Shown in pieces: positions 38,314 through 48,839 of a stretch of DNA of 64,000 nt. Every line of letters begins with the position of its first letter. The first letter of the stretch is position 1. Under the pieces are notes generated by a model. The model saw nothing but the letters and a program-made list of their open reading frames with translations. It did not search any database and was not told the DNA's origin. The position numbers and the translations under genes are program-made. Source of the DNA: the human T2T-CHM13v2.0 reference genome, Homo sapiens; assembly GCF_009914755.1 (NCBI RefSeq), contig NC_060931.1; one strand, written 5' to 3'.

Positions 38314-39615
38314 GAAGATTGGTACCAGGAATGGGGCATTGCCATAAAGGTACCTGAAAATGTGGAAGCAACTTTGTAACTGGGTAACAGGCAGAGGTTG
38401 GAACAGTTTGGAGGGCTCAGAAGAAGATAAAAAGGTAACAGAAAGTTTGGAACTTCCTAGAGACTTGTTAAAGTTGTGACCAAAATGCTGATAGTGACAT
38501 GAACAATAAAGTCCAGGCTGAGGTGGTCTCAGATAGAGGTGAGGAACTTATTGGGAACTGGACCAAAGGTCACTTTTGTTATGCATTAGCAAAGAGGTTG
38601 GAGGCATTGTGGAGGTTGTTAGGCATTAGCAAAGAGGTTGGAGGCCCTAGAAATCTGTGGAACTTTGAACTTGAGGGTGATGACTTAGGGTATCTAGCAG
38701 AAGAAATTTCTAAGCAGCAAAGCATTAAATATGTTGCCTGGCTGCTTCTAACAGTATATGGTCATGTGCATGAGCAAAGAGTTGTCCTGAAACTAGAACT
38801 TATATTTAAAAGGGAAGCAGAGTGTGAAAGTTTGGAAAATTTGCAGCCTGACCATGTGGTAGAAAGAAGAACCCATTTTCTGGGAAGGAATTCAGGCTGG
38901 CTGCAGAAATGTGCATAAGTAAAGAGGAGCCAAATATTACTAGCCAAGACAATGGGGAAGATGCCTGGAAGGCATTTCAGAGAACTTTGTGGTAGCCCTT
39001 CCCATCATAGGCCCGGAGGGTTAGGAGGGAAGAATGGTATTGTGGGCTGGGGCCAGTTTTCCACTGCCCTGCACAACCTCAGGACACTGCTCCCAGCATC
39101 CCAGCCATTCCAGCCCCAGCTGTGGCTAAAAGGGTCCCAGATACATCTAGGCTGCTGCTCCAGAGGGTGCAAGCTGTAAGCTTTGGTTTCCACACGATGT
39201 TAGGCCTGCAGGTGCATAAAGGGCAAGAGTTGAGGCTTGGGAGCCTCTGCCTAGATTTTACAGGATGTATGGGAACATTTGGATGTTCAGGCAGAAGTCT
39301 GCTGCAGGGGCAGAGCCCTTATGGAGAACCTCTACTAGGGCAGTGTGGAGGGAAAATGTGGGCTTGGAGCCCCCACAAAAAGTCCCCAGTGGGGCACTGC
39401 CTAGTAGAGCTGTGAGAAGAGGTCCACCATCCTCCAGACCCCAGAATGGTAGATCCACTGACAGCTTGTACCATGTACCTGGAAAAGCCACAGACACTCA
39501 ATTCCAGCCCGTGAAAGCAGCCAAGGGGGCTGTACCCTGAAGAGCCACATAGGCAGAGATGGCCAAAGTCTTAGGAGCCCACCCCTTGCATCAGTGTGGC
39601 CTGGATATGAGACAC
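38314..39615 (+). mobile_element. MSTA internal region, 3'-truncated
   Basis: Starts gaagattggtaccagga directly after the LTR; characteristic MaLR-int sequence; stops at ~39615 with no 3' LTR. Confidence 0.9.
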
Positions 39616-39703
39616 TTGATATTATACCACAAAGCCGATAGTGATCAAGTAAGTTGCTGTTGTTTGTTTTAGGATTTCTCTAAATAAATATTTATACCAC
39701 ACA

Positions 39704-39964
39704 GGCTGGGCATGGGGGCTCATGCCCAGCACTTTGGGAGGCCGAGGCAGGTGGATCACTTGAGCCCAGGAGTTTGAGACCAGCCTGAGCAACATGGTGA
39801 AACCCCATCTGTACAAAAAAATAAAAGAATTAGCTGGATGTGGTGGTGCATGCCTATGATCCCAGCTACTTGGCAAACTGAAGAGGTCAAGGCTGCAGTG
39901 AGCTGTGATTGTGCCACTACATTCCAGCCTGGGAAACTGAATGAGACTCTGTCTCAAAAAAAAA
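39704..39964 (+). mobile_element. AluJb-like with internal deletions
   Basis: ggatcacttgagcccaggag, gaggtcaaggctgcagtgagc; right arm shortened. Confidence 0.9.
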
Positions 39965-40830
39965 TTAAACTTGTAATTTAAAAACGTCTCAGATGGCAAA
40001 TTCACTGGAGAATTTTGTCAAAGATTTAATGAAGACATATCAATCCTACACAAACTTTTTCAGAAAACACGTCAGAGGAAACATTTCCACCTTTTTTTAA
40101 AAGCCAGCATCATCCTGATACCCAACCAGACAAAAACAGTATTTAGGAAACAAGGACAATAGCAAAAGACACAAACAGAAGAATAAAAAAACTAGAGACC
40201 AATGTCCCTCATGAATACAGATGCAAAATATTGACTAACACATTTCCAAGTAGGAGCCAGCAATATATGAAAAGGATAACACATCATAACCAGGTGGGGT
40301 TTACCTCCAAATTGCAATGTTGGTTTAACATTCTGAAATCAATCAAGATAATTCACTGTATTAACAGAATATGAGAGAAAAACACTAAGATTATCTCAGT
40401 AGATGCAGCAGGAGCATTTGATGAAATTCAGTACCTATTATTGCTTAAGTAGAAATAGAAGAGAACTCCCTCAAGGTGATAAAGGGCATTTATGAAAACC
40501 TAGAGTCAACATCATACTTACTGGTAAAAGACTGAGCTCTTTACTTTCAAGAGTGGGAATCAGGAAAGAATGTATCTGCTCTGCCTTCTATTCAGCCAGG
40601 TACTAGAGATGCTATCCAGTGCAATGAGGCCAGCAGGTAGTGCACAGAAATTGGAAAGGAATAAATAAAACTGTCTTTATTCCCAGATAATGTCATTCTC
40701 AGAAACTAGAATTTAGAATTTCAAATTCTTATAGAATAACTGAATTTAACAAAGTTGCAGAATACAAGCTTAATGTAAACACTTGATAATATCCATATAT
40801 TACCCACAAACAATTGGAAAGTAAAATTGC
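39965..40830 (+). mobile_element. Old L1M ORF2 (RT-region) fragment
   Basis: gccagcatcatcctgataccc; tccctcatgaatacagatgcaaaa; atctcagtagatgcag; caaagttgcagaatacaag. Confidence 0.82.
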
Positions 40831-41344
40831 AATACTCTTGCCTGCTTTCAGAACAGGAAAGACACAAACAACACAGTAAATGCAATGTAACAAGCACTTC
40901 ACAGTAGTGCACCCAGAGAACCATGAGCATGAGGGGCTCCCTAGTTAGCCTGGGACAGGTATTGGAATGGGAATTCAAGGAAGGAAAGGGGATGAACTCT
41001 GATGCAACTGAGTCATTGTCCTTATCCAAGTCCTTATTGAGTGCTCATTTGTGCAACCTGTTGAATAGAGCCTGTACACAAGGAGCAAAGTAAACGCTGA
41101 CCTCTAGGACTTAGCACATTAAAGTCCCCATACAGGGGCAAAAACACGAATGAGGAGAATGTACATTTTGTGTGAATTAGGGAGTTAGTTTCCAGAGCCA
41201 AAGAATGTCATTTACATAATTGCTCTTAAATCCTGCATGGGGGGGTTCTTGCTAAAATACTCTTGTGTGAGCTCATTTAAAAAATGATTTAACAATTTTT
41301 GTTTCCTTTGTTTTTTGTTTGTTTGTTTTTTTAATTCTAAGTGA

Positions 41345-41580
41345 CAGTGGAAAGGGCAAAGGGACTCAGGGATAGACTTGGGTGGCAAACTTGGCTCTGC
41401 TGTTCGATCGCTATGTGACGTCAGCCAGTGAGGGACTCTTCCTGAACCTCTGTTCTTAGCATATGTGAAATGAGTACAAAAATGCCTCCCTCAGCCCTTT
41501 GTGTGCTGACTAAACTGTGCTGAAATGTATAACTCGTTTGGTATGATGCTTGACACATAGTAGGAGCTCAAGTGATACTA
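41345..41580 (+). mobile_element. MIR
   Basis: ttggctctgctg...tgtgac...aacctctgttc...tgtgaaatgag...cttgacacatagtaggagctcaa. Confidence 0.7.
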
Positions 41581-42739
41581 TTTTGCTTCTTTCCCTTTTA
41601 GGTATTTTAAAACGTTAGTCACTGAACTTTGTCAGAAATAAGGTACTTAAACTTCACAGGTCAAGTATTCACTGTGACATATCCTGATTCAACGTTAAAA
41701 TTGCATTTCTGTGAAACCATGTATTCAGCTCAATGCTCTTAAATCAATACAATCTTTCTTAAATGTATCAGCAAATTAAACTTCAATAATTACACTTGCT
41801 ACTGTGGTTACCTCTGAGTTCCTCTAAAACTCCTCTGTATTTTATTGCTGTGTAAATATTTAAAAGACTTTAAAAGGCTAATTTCAGATTTGGGCCTTCT
41901 CTTGTCAACAGTTTATATTTCGAGACCTTTTATAAGGTTTGGATTCTTATTTGTGAAACCTAGCACAGCTCCCACATTGCTACTATTTACATTTTTTTTT
42001 GTAATGTGCCACAGGTTTATAAAACTTTCCATTTGAATTTTTGATATGATTAGCTGCTTTTAATTACGTCTAAAAATCCCTTGTCAAATAATGATTAAAA
42101 CACACAGAAACGAGACATAAGCAAAGCAAAACAGATCCACATGAAAACCACTTCAAGCCATGTAACAAAAGCAAATCCATTTAATTTACACATATATGGA
42201 GGATTTATTTCAAACTGAAACAGAACAAAAAATAAATGAGGTGCGAAAAGCATGTAAGAGAAATTTAAAGTGTACAAGTTCAAATTTTTTTTTTCAAATC
42301 ACAGCATAATTGATTCTTCTGGGGAGTTTTTTTGGAGTAAAAAATTAAACTCATATAATTATGGTTCACAGTAAATTGCACTTACTGCCTGTTGAGCCAA
42401 CTCAATTGGATTACTAAACCACAATGCCCCTACCCCTGCGTCCGTTAAGGATCAAACTCTCTCCTCGTGAGTTCAGTAAGGCCCTAAATACTTAAGCACA
42501 CTGCATGTTTTCTATGAGTTAGATTTGTCAGGCAGCCAGTCCCCTGCTGAAGAGTCTTCAGCAGATCCTCACAGCTTTCAGTATCAAGTTCAAATTCACA
42601 CCCTCAGTGGAGCCAAGTTCCTTCATCACCCCTCTTCCTCTGACTTCCTCGCTGGGCATCCCTACCTGCCATGCATACCTTTCCCTCTGGTGACATTGCA
42701 CTCCTCTGGATGCAGAGGCATGGTTTCCTGCCTTCTGCA

Positions 42740-43200
42740 CTCATTTATGCATTCTTTCAGCCATTCAGACATTCATCTCATAAATATTTATTGTCTACTA
42801 TGTGCCAGGCACTGTGCTTAGTGTTGGGGATACAATAGCCCAAAATAAGCCCTCTCCCTGCCCTCATGGGATTACAGCCAAGTGGGGGGAAATAGACTTT
42901 ACTCAATGAATTCCATAGATAACTACAAAATGACCATTCTGAGGAGTGCTACCGAGGCAAAGCACAGGGGGTGATACAGGCCCCTGCAAAGTGCAGAGAC
43001 TTGTTTTTTGTTGGAAAGTGGGGAAAGCTTTTCTGAGGAAGTGACTGAGGCCCTGAGACCAGGAGGCTCATCAGAGTGTGCAGAGTGGTAAGTTGGAGGA
43101 AAGGCGAAAAGGCCGTGTGTCTGGTCCACAGAGAGGAGAGAAGCATGGCGAACTGCACCGTTCCAGGGAGACCCTCAGCCCATGCCGGCCCTGCAGGCGA
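42740..43200 (-). mobile_element. L2 3' fragment
   Basis: ataaatatttattgtctactatgtgccaggcactgtgctt...ccctgccctcatgg. Confidence 0.82.
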
Positions 43201-44349
43201 CTTAAGGATGGTGATATTTATCCCAGCAGCGTTCCATGCCAGCGGGCTCTTCCTTCTCTCTGGACCCTCCTCTCCCATCATCTTCATCCCTCAAGGCTCA
43301 GCTCTAGTGTCCCCTTCTCTGGAAAGGCTTTAATGACCTTGTCCTCTCCAAAGGGTGAAATGTCCCCACTCTGGCCTCATGGCCTGTTGATCTTTGCATC
43401 CTTAGCTCCTTTCACAGGCTCCCACAGGCAGCAGGCATCATGAAGTGGAGGAACATGTGTGTAGAAAGCAGGGCCAAGCATGATTTCGAGGCTTGGTTTG
43501 CTGAGCATGCATGGACGCAACTTGGCCATCTGAATCCAATTTTCAGAGGCCCTCCCAGTGGTGGCCCAGACTCATCCAGTAGCAGTGCAGGGGCCCCTTG
43601 CCTCAAAAAACCCCTCCCTTTAAATGCAAACCAAATTCCAGCTCGATGCAATTTCAGATGGTAAGGAAACACTGGATGTGTGGTGGAAGTGTGTGGTTTC
43701 TACAGAGGAACTCAACCTTGACGTGCTCCACACTGTCGGGGCCAGGCCTGTTCCCATCCTTGTTCCCTGCTTGGTGTTCCCATGATGGGGATTATGAAGA
43801 GAGCCTGGAGAGGGAGGCTGTGCTTTTTGGGATGTTCCAGTGAGCAACAGGGGACCAAAAATGGGGAATCACAGAGCTAATTAGTGCGTAGAATGGAATA
43901 AATTCCCTCTCATCACAGAAAGGTATTGTATTTCGTGTTGAGGGAAAGGAGAGATTTGCCTACAAATTAGGCTGGAAACCATAGGGAAGAAATTGTTTGC
44001 GGGCCAGACTGGTGTGCCAGGAATGTAATGGAATATGGCATAAGGAGAACGGGGTAGGTGCTCTCATAAGTGGGTTTTCTTTAGTGTTTCCCTTCTGTCC
44101 TTCCAAAGGGCTTACTTCCTCCTGTCCTCGGTGTTACTTGGCGCTCGCCCTGCCTGGACAATCATAAACCCTTTTGCTCAGCGATTGCTTCCCAGCAGCA
44201 GCAGCAGCGCCCCCTGAGAAATGTTCACTCTTCAATGTTCCACCGACCCTATGGTGGGGGGATCGCTGCTTTCCACTTATTTCAAAATCATGGTGTGAAT
44301 GGAAAGGCTTTGTTTGCCATTATCTTCTGTTTGTACAATGAGCCACAAG

Positions 44350-44640
44350 TGAGCACCGCCTTGGCGCGCACCCACCTTGCCCGGGCCTCTGTCCCCTCCA
44401 GCCGCGCTCCACCGGCGCCCTCGCCCCGCTCGCGGCTGCTGGGTGGCTTGCTGCTTCGTTCTGGTAGACTTGCGATTTTGCCTTGTCCTCCCTCTGGGTT
44501 CGCCGGATCCTGTGTTTTCCCTGTCCCAGAATGACCCATTCGGGCTTCGGTGTTTGGCTTCAGAACGACCACTGCCCAGCCCCGGGGACTCCAGGTCCCA
44601 GCACCTCCCGTCCCACCCCTCCCGCCAGTCTCCGCAGTAA
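44350..44640. promoter_or_regulatory. Small CpG-rich, GC-rich island (candidate enhancer or promoter)
   Basis: About 23 CpGs in 290 bp by hand count, in an otherwise CpG-depleted window; not recognisably repeat-derived. Confidence 0.6.
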
Positions 44641-46239
44641 AGGAAGACAATGACTAGGGGCCTCCGTGTGTTGGCTTTAATGTACACAGCTTATAACAAG
44701 GCCACACTACTCAAACATTCTTAGTTTTTTTTAAAAAAAAGGAAATACAGAGATAGATGTAAATGAAGCATTGGACTGAGTTGTGGTTGCTTTTGGGGTG
44801 AGTTTGAATGAGGGGATGGCTGGAGGCTGTTGAGGCCACGTCTTCATTTTAGCCTTAAGGAAGAATTTCTTTGGTTTGTGACAAAGGATCAAGGAAACCT
44901 TTCAGCTGGGTGAGTGGTCGGCACTCTAACCCTTTCTAAAGCTTGGTGTGACCCAATCAGGCGGCCCAAACTAGGATTAACCAAACCAAACAAGGCCTGT
45001 GAATTAAGACAATCTGCTTTGGGGAAGCCACTTGCCCCAAATACTTAATCCCTGAAAGAGCCGCTTGTGTGCCCGAAGCATTGTCCTCACACAACATTCC
45101 TTTCTTTACACTTCTTACTTCTGATTTGATTGAATTGTTTGTTCCTATAAGGCAAAGTGGAAATGTAGTCACCGGTTTTACTAGAAAATAGTTCTATATA
45201 GTTTGCTTTTGTTTTGGAAAATATTCTAAGAAAAGACTTAAAAAAAAAAAAACTTTAAAAAGCACTTGATTGTATTTTCTTCTGAGAAAACTGCCAGATA
45301 TGTTTGGAAAGCAGGGCTACATATTGGAACTATTTCTTGGGGAAAATCATATTACTCAGCTGACAGGTTTTGAAGATTGGGAATGCATGAACACCATGAA
45401 CAATTGCTTTGTATGGTGAAGTTGGTAAAGTTAACTTTTTTCTTTTTTTTTTTTTTTTTTTTGAGATTTGAAAATCCTTGGGTTAGTGATAGGAGAGGAG
45501 CTCTTTACCAGGTAAATGCTAAAATACAGTTCTCCTGTGATCTTTACGGGTTTTACTGCAGGTAGTGGCTTCCCACGATCTCTGGAATAGCTTCCTTATA
45601 AACTATTAAAGGCATACTTGCAGTATTCCTTTCTGTAGACTTTACAGATTCAGAGGAAAAATTATTTTCCTCTTGTAAAAACTGTGTTCCTGTAATTATC
45701 TTGGGTTATGTGGTTTTGAGGTCAATAAAAGGGAGACTTTTTGCCTACAGCCTACCTTTCCTCTGTGTGAGTTGGAGTTTGTCACTTGGACATCAGAACT
45801 GTTTCCCTATCCAGCCCTCTTTGCTCTCTGCCAACCCTGCCTGCAGAGTCTTCCCCTACTCATGAAAACAGTGCTGCACCTAATGCCATGGCCCTTCTCT
45901 TCACAATTCAGATCTGAGACCTAAGGACTGTTTTGGGAATCCGTAGCTGACTCAAGCCCTGCACAGCCTCCCGCTGGTCCCCAGCAATCTGGCCACCCCG
46001 CCTCAGGAAGCTGCACAGAACATCTTCCTCACGCAGGCCCGTCTCCCATGGAGATCCATGAGTGGAAACCTGCAGACTCCCTGCTCTCCCAAGTCCCTGC
46101 CTCCCCCAGGAGTGCCTGAGCCTTGGTAGGGAGGTGGATGGATACAAGGCTCAATTTTGGCTAAAGCACTCTGCCAAAAGGGAGGAGGACAAGACCCAAC
46201 AGAGCCTAAAGGCTCCTGTCCTTGCAGTGTGTGAGTCGT

Positions 46240-46450
46240 GAGAGGTGGTGCACGGAGCTTGTTTGGACTCTGCAGTGGGCAGCCTGAGGTCAGAATTGCA
46301 GCTCAGTGGTCACACTATTAAGCCCTCTGAGCCTCATTTTCCTGTCTGTGAAGCAGAGATAATAATGCCTATTCACGTGGTTGTTGTTAGGTTTAAATTG
46401 AATGATAAGTGTAAAATACTTTGCATCCTTCCCGGCACATAGTAGGAATC
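46240..46450 (+). mobile_element. MIR
   Basis: ccctctgagcctcattttcctgtctgtgaagcagagataataatgcct...ggcacatagtagg. Confidence 0.85.
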
Positions 46451-47108
46451 ACATAAGAGCATTTCTAGACCTTTCCACAGACACCCTGTCAGATGCCCCT
46501 ACCCTCAGTGCTATCTTACCTTGGTCCTATTACCCCAGGTGTGAGTTTCTGTCCAGGCCCAGGCTGTGTCACGTAAAACAGATTCAGTGCACATTTGTAG
46601 GAAACGGCTAAAGAAACAACCACAAAGCCCTGCTGGGGAGCCCCTGAGCTGAGGATGTGTAAGCATGCAGTGTGTATGTGGACAGGGCAGGGCATGAATA
46701 AAAGCTGGAATAAGACTTGGTAAGAACTTGAAAGCCATCAGGCTGAAGGAGGATGAGTAGGCCCCACAGTGGGCTAAATGACGACATCAAGAAGAGATTT
46801 TCCAGCCACAGGCTTAGTCCCGAGTGTGGGGTTAGAGATGGGCAGTGGACTCCTCACACATCCCTGCTCAGAGGTGCGGGTGCCTGTCACGGGCAGTTGA
46901 AATTCTCTTTTGGTGTCCTTGGCCTCCCACACTCGCAGTGGCTCTCTTCGAAACCATCGGTACCCAGTGTCCTTCCTTTTCCCCCGGTTCAATCCTGTGC
47001 TCAGAATTAGATGCTGCGATCTGTGTGAGGGACATGGCATGGATGTGGTAGCTGTGGGTGTTGGATGCCTCCTCTGCCATTACTCCCTCCATCTCTCTCT
47101 GTTCACAG

Positions 47109-47700
47109 ACCCCAGGACTGGACAGAGGATCGAGGCCTGGACCCTAAGAATACCCCACTCCTGAGCCAGCATCTCCAGCTGATGGAGGGACCCAAAAGCT
47201 AAGCGGGGTCAATCAGACACCTTCCCTGGGATGGTTAAAACTGGGACAGGCCAATGGAGAAGGTCCTTCTGTCTTTGGTCTGTGATGCGAGGAACACAGG
47301 GATCTTTCCTGTTGTGTGGAGAAAGAGGAGCCCAGAGCCGTACTGAGCCAAGGGGGTGCCAGGGAGAGGCTGCCAGGCCTGGGCCCTGGAACCAGCCCCC
47401 CAAGGCCCTGGAACCAGCCTGCTCCATGCAGCTGCGGCTCTTCCAGTCTGTGAGCTACTCAGTGCCCTTTCAACAAACCCCGCCTTGTTTTGCTTTAATC
47501 AGTTTGCATTTTCTGTTGCTTCTTTCTGGAAAAATCCTCTGTGCTTTGACTGACTCCAGGGTCTTCCTCCTTGAGGTGGATTTCTTAGTCACTGTTAGGT
47601 ATCCAAATATAGGCGAGTGTAAGGCATTTTTCTTTCAACTGTTCATTTTAATGAATTACATTCAGGAAATAAGTAGGAAATTAAATTCATTGAAAGACTA
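47109..47700 (+). CDS. BBS9: Candidate alternative BBS9 terminal exon (coding 47109-47164, xPRTGQRIEAWTLRIPHS*; then UTR)
   Basis: Strong acceptor cattactccctccatctctctctgttcacag ends at 47108. The phase-1 frame is open to TGA at 47164. ATTAAA at 47680-47685 has GT/T-rich sequence downstream. Confidence 0.5.
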
Positions 47701-48839
47701 TTGGTCTGTATGTACTTTTTCAGCCTAACATGCTCAAAGCGTAGGTAGCAGGCAGCTATAATACAGACATTTTATTTTTTAAAGGGCAAAGACAATGGTA
47801 ATTTAATTTTAGATCATTCCAGATGGAGTTCAAGTCAACGTGCTGATGACTGGAGACCTGACAGAAATTAAATGTTGGTTATTGCGTCCCAATTTCAGAT
47901 TATGACCCAATCAAGGGTCACTTGAGGATATCCAAAAGGTTGGGAAGATTACAATAATTTTAAAAACACAAGAAAGTGGTTTCTACCTCTGAGCTATACA
48001 TATTTATTGGGTTGGAGGAAAGGGATAATTTTCTAAAGGGAAGGGGCACTGTGGAAGAAGAGGCAGCTCTGGAAGCCAGCCAAGGGCAACAGCAAGGAGG
48101 CAGCCCCAGCCGAGGGCAGGTTTCTGAGCAGAGTGGACACCAGACAGGAGTTTGCAGATGGTCCATTGGGTAGAGCGTAGGGTAGAAAAGTAGGTTTCAT
48201 CTTATATGACAATTTTTGACAGATAATGAAGACTATGGGGAGAATTGTGTCCAGAAATAGTCTGAGGCTGAATGTGGGCTTAATGGGGCAGCCATGATTA
48301 TTTATCAGTGGCAGGTAGTCTGAGCAGAGCTGATTCTGGTGCTCCCACGTGGATCAAGTATATCCCATCTCCAATTCAGTCTCCACAGCAGAGGGAGTAA
48401 ATAATTCCACCTCACCACAACGGAGCCATATGTGATGAGTGCCCACTAGTTACATGAAATTGGGCAGGGAGGAATTTATGTTAGCCTACATACAAGTCTG
48501 AACATAACTCACGTCAGCATTGCCATGGGAAGTCAATATATTGCTGGGTGTTGGCAAATATTGAGTTTAGATGACTCTTCCTGTAAAGGATAGAAACATT
48601 GTTTTTAAAACTTCAATTTAGGCTGATGAGAAAATACTATAGAAGGAAGGAGAACATCTTGAAGATTTAAAAAATGATCTATAAGCTCTGGAAGGAAATT
48701 TTTAGAAAAATGATTGAGGCACCAGCAATTAGCCTAAGCAAAAAACAAAACAAAACAAAAACACAGTCTCTGAAAAAAAACACACTCAAAGGAGAGTTCA
48801 AACTGACATAAAGAGACAATGGAATAAGATGACATTTAC

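Noticed and set aside
38499-39540. 139-aa and neighbouring ORFs
   Set aside because: They lie wholly inside MaLR internal sequence, and such ORF remnants are common to these repeats.
44235-44687. Overlapping 87-136 aa ORFs on both strands
   Set aside because: Expected from high GC content; low complexity and no recognisable protein family.
45436-45467. Poly(T) followed by GAGA resembling an Alu tail
   Set aside because: No Alu body or TSD; treated as a simple repeat.
47231-47728. 165-aa ORF
   Set aside because: No recognisable domain; it overlaps the candidate UTR and runs past the poly(A) signal.
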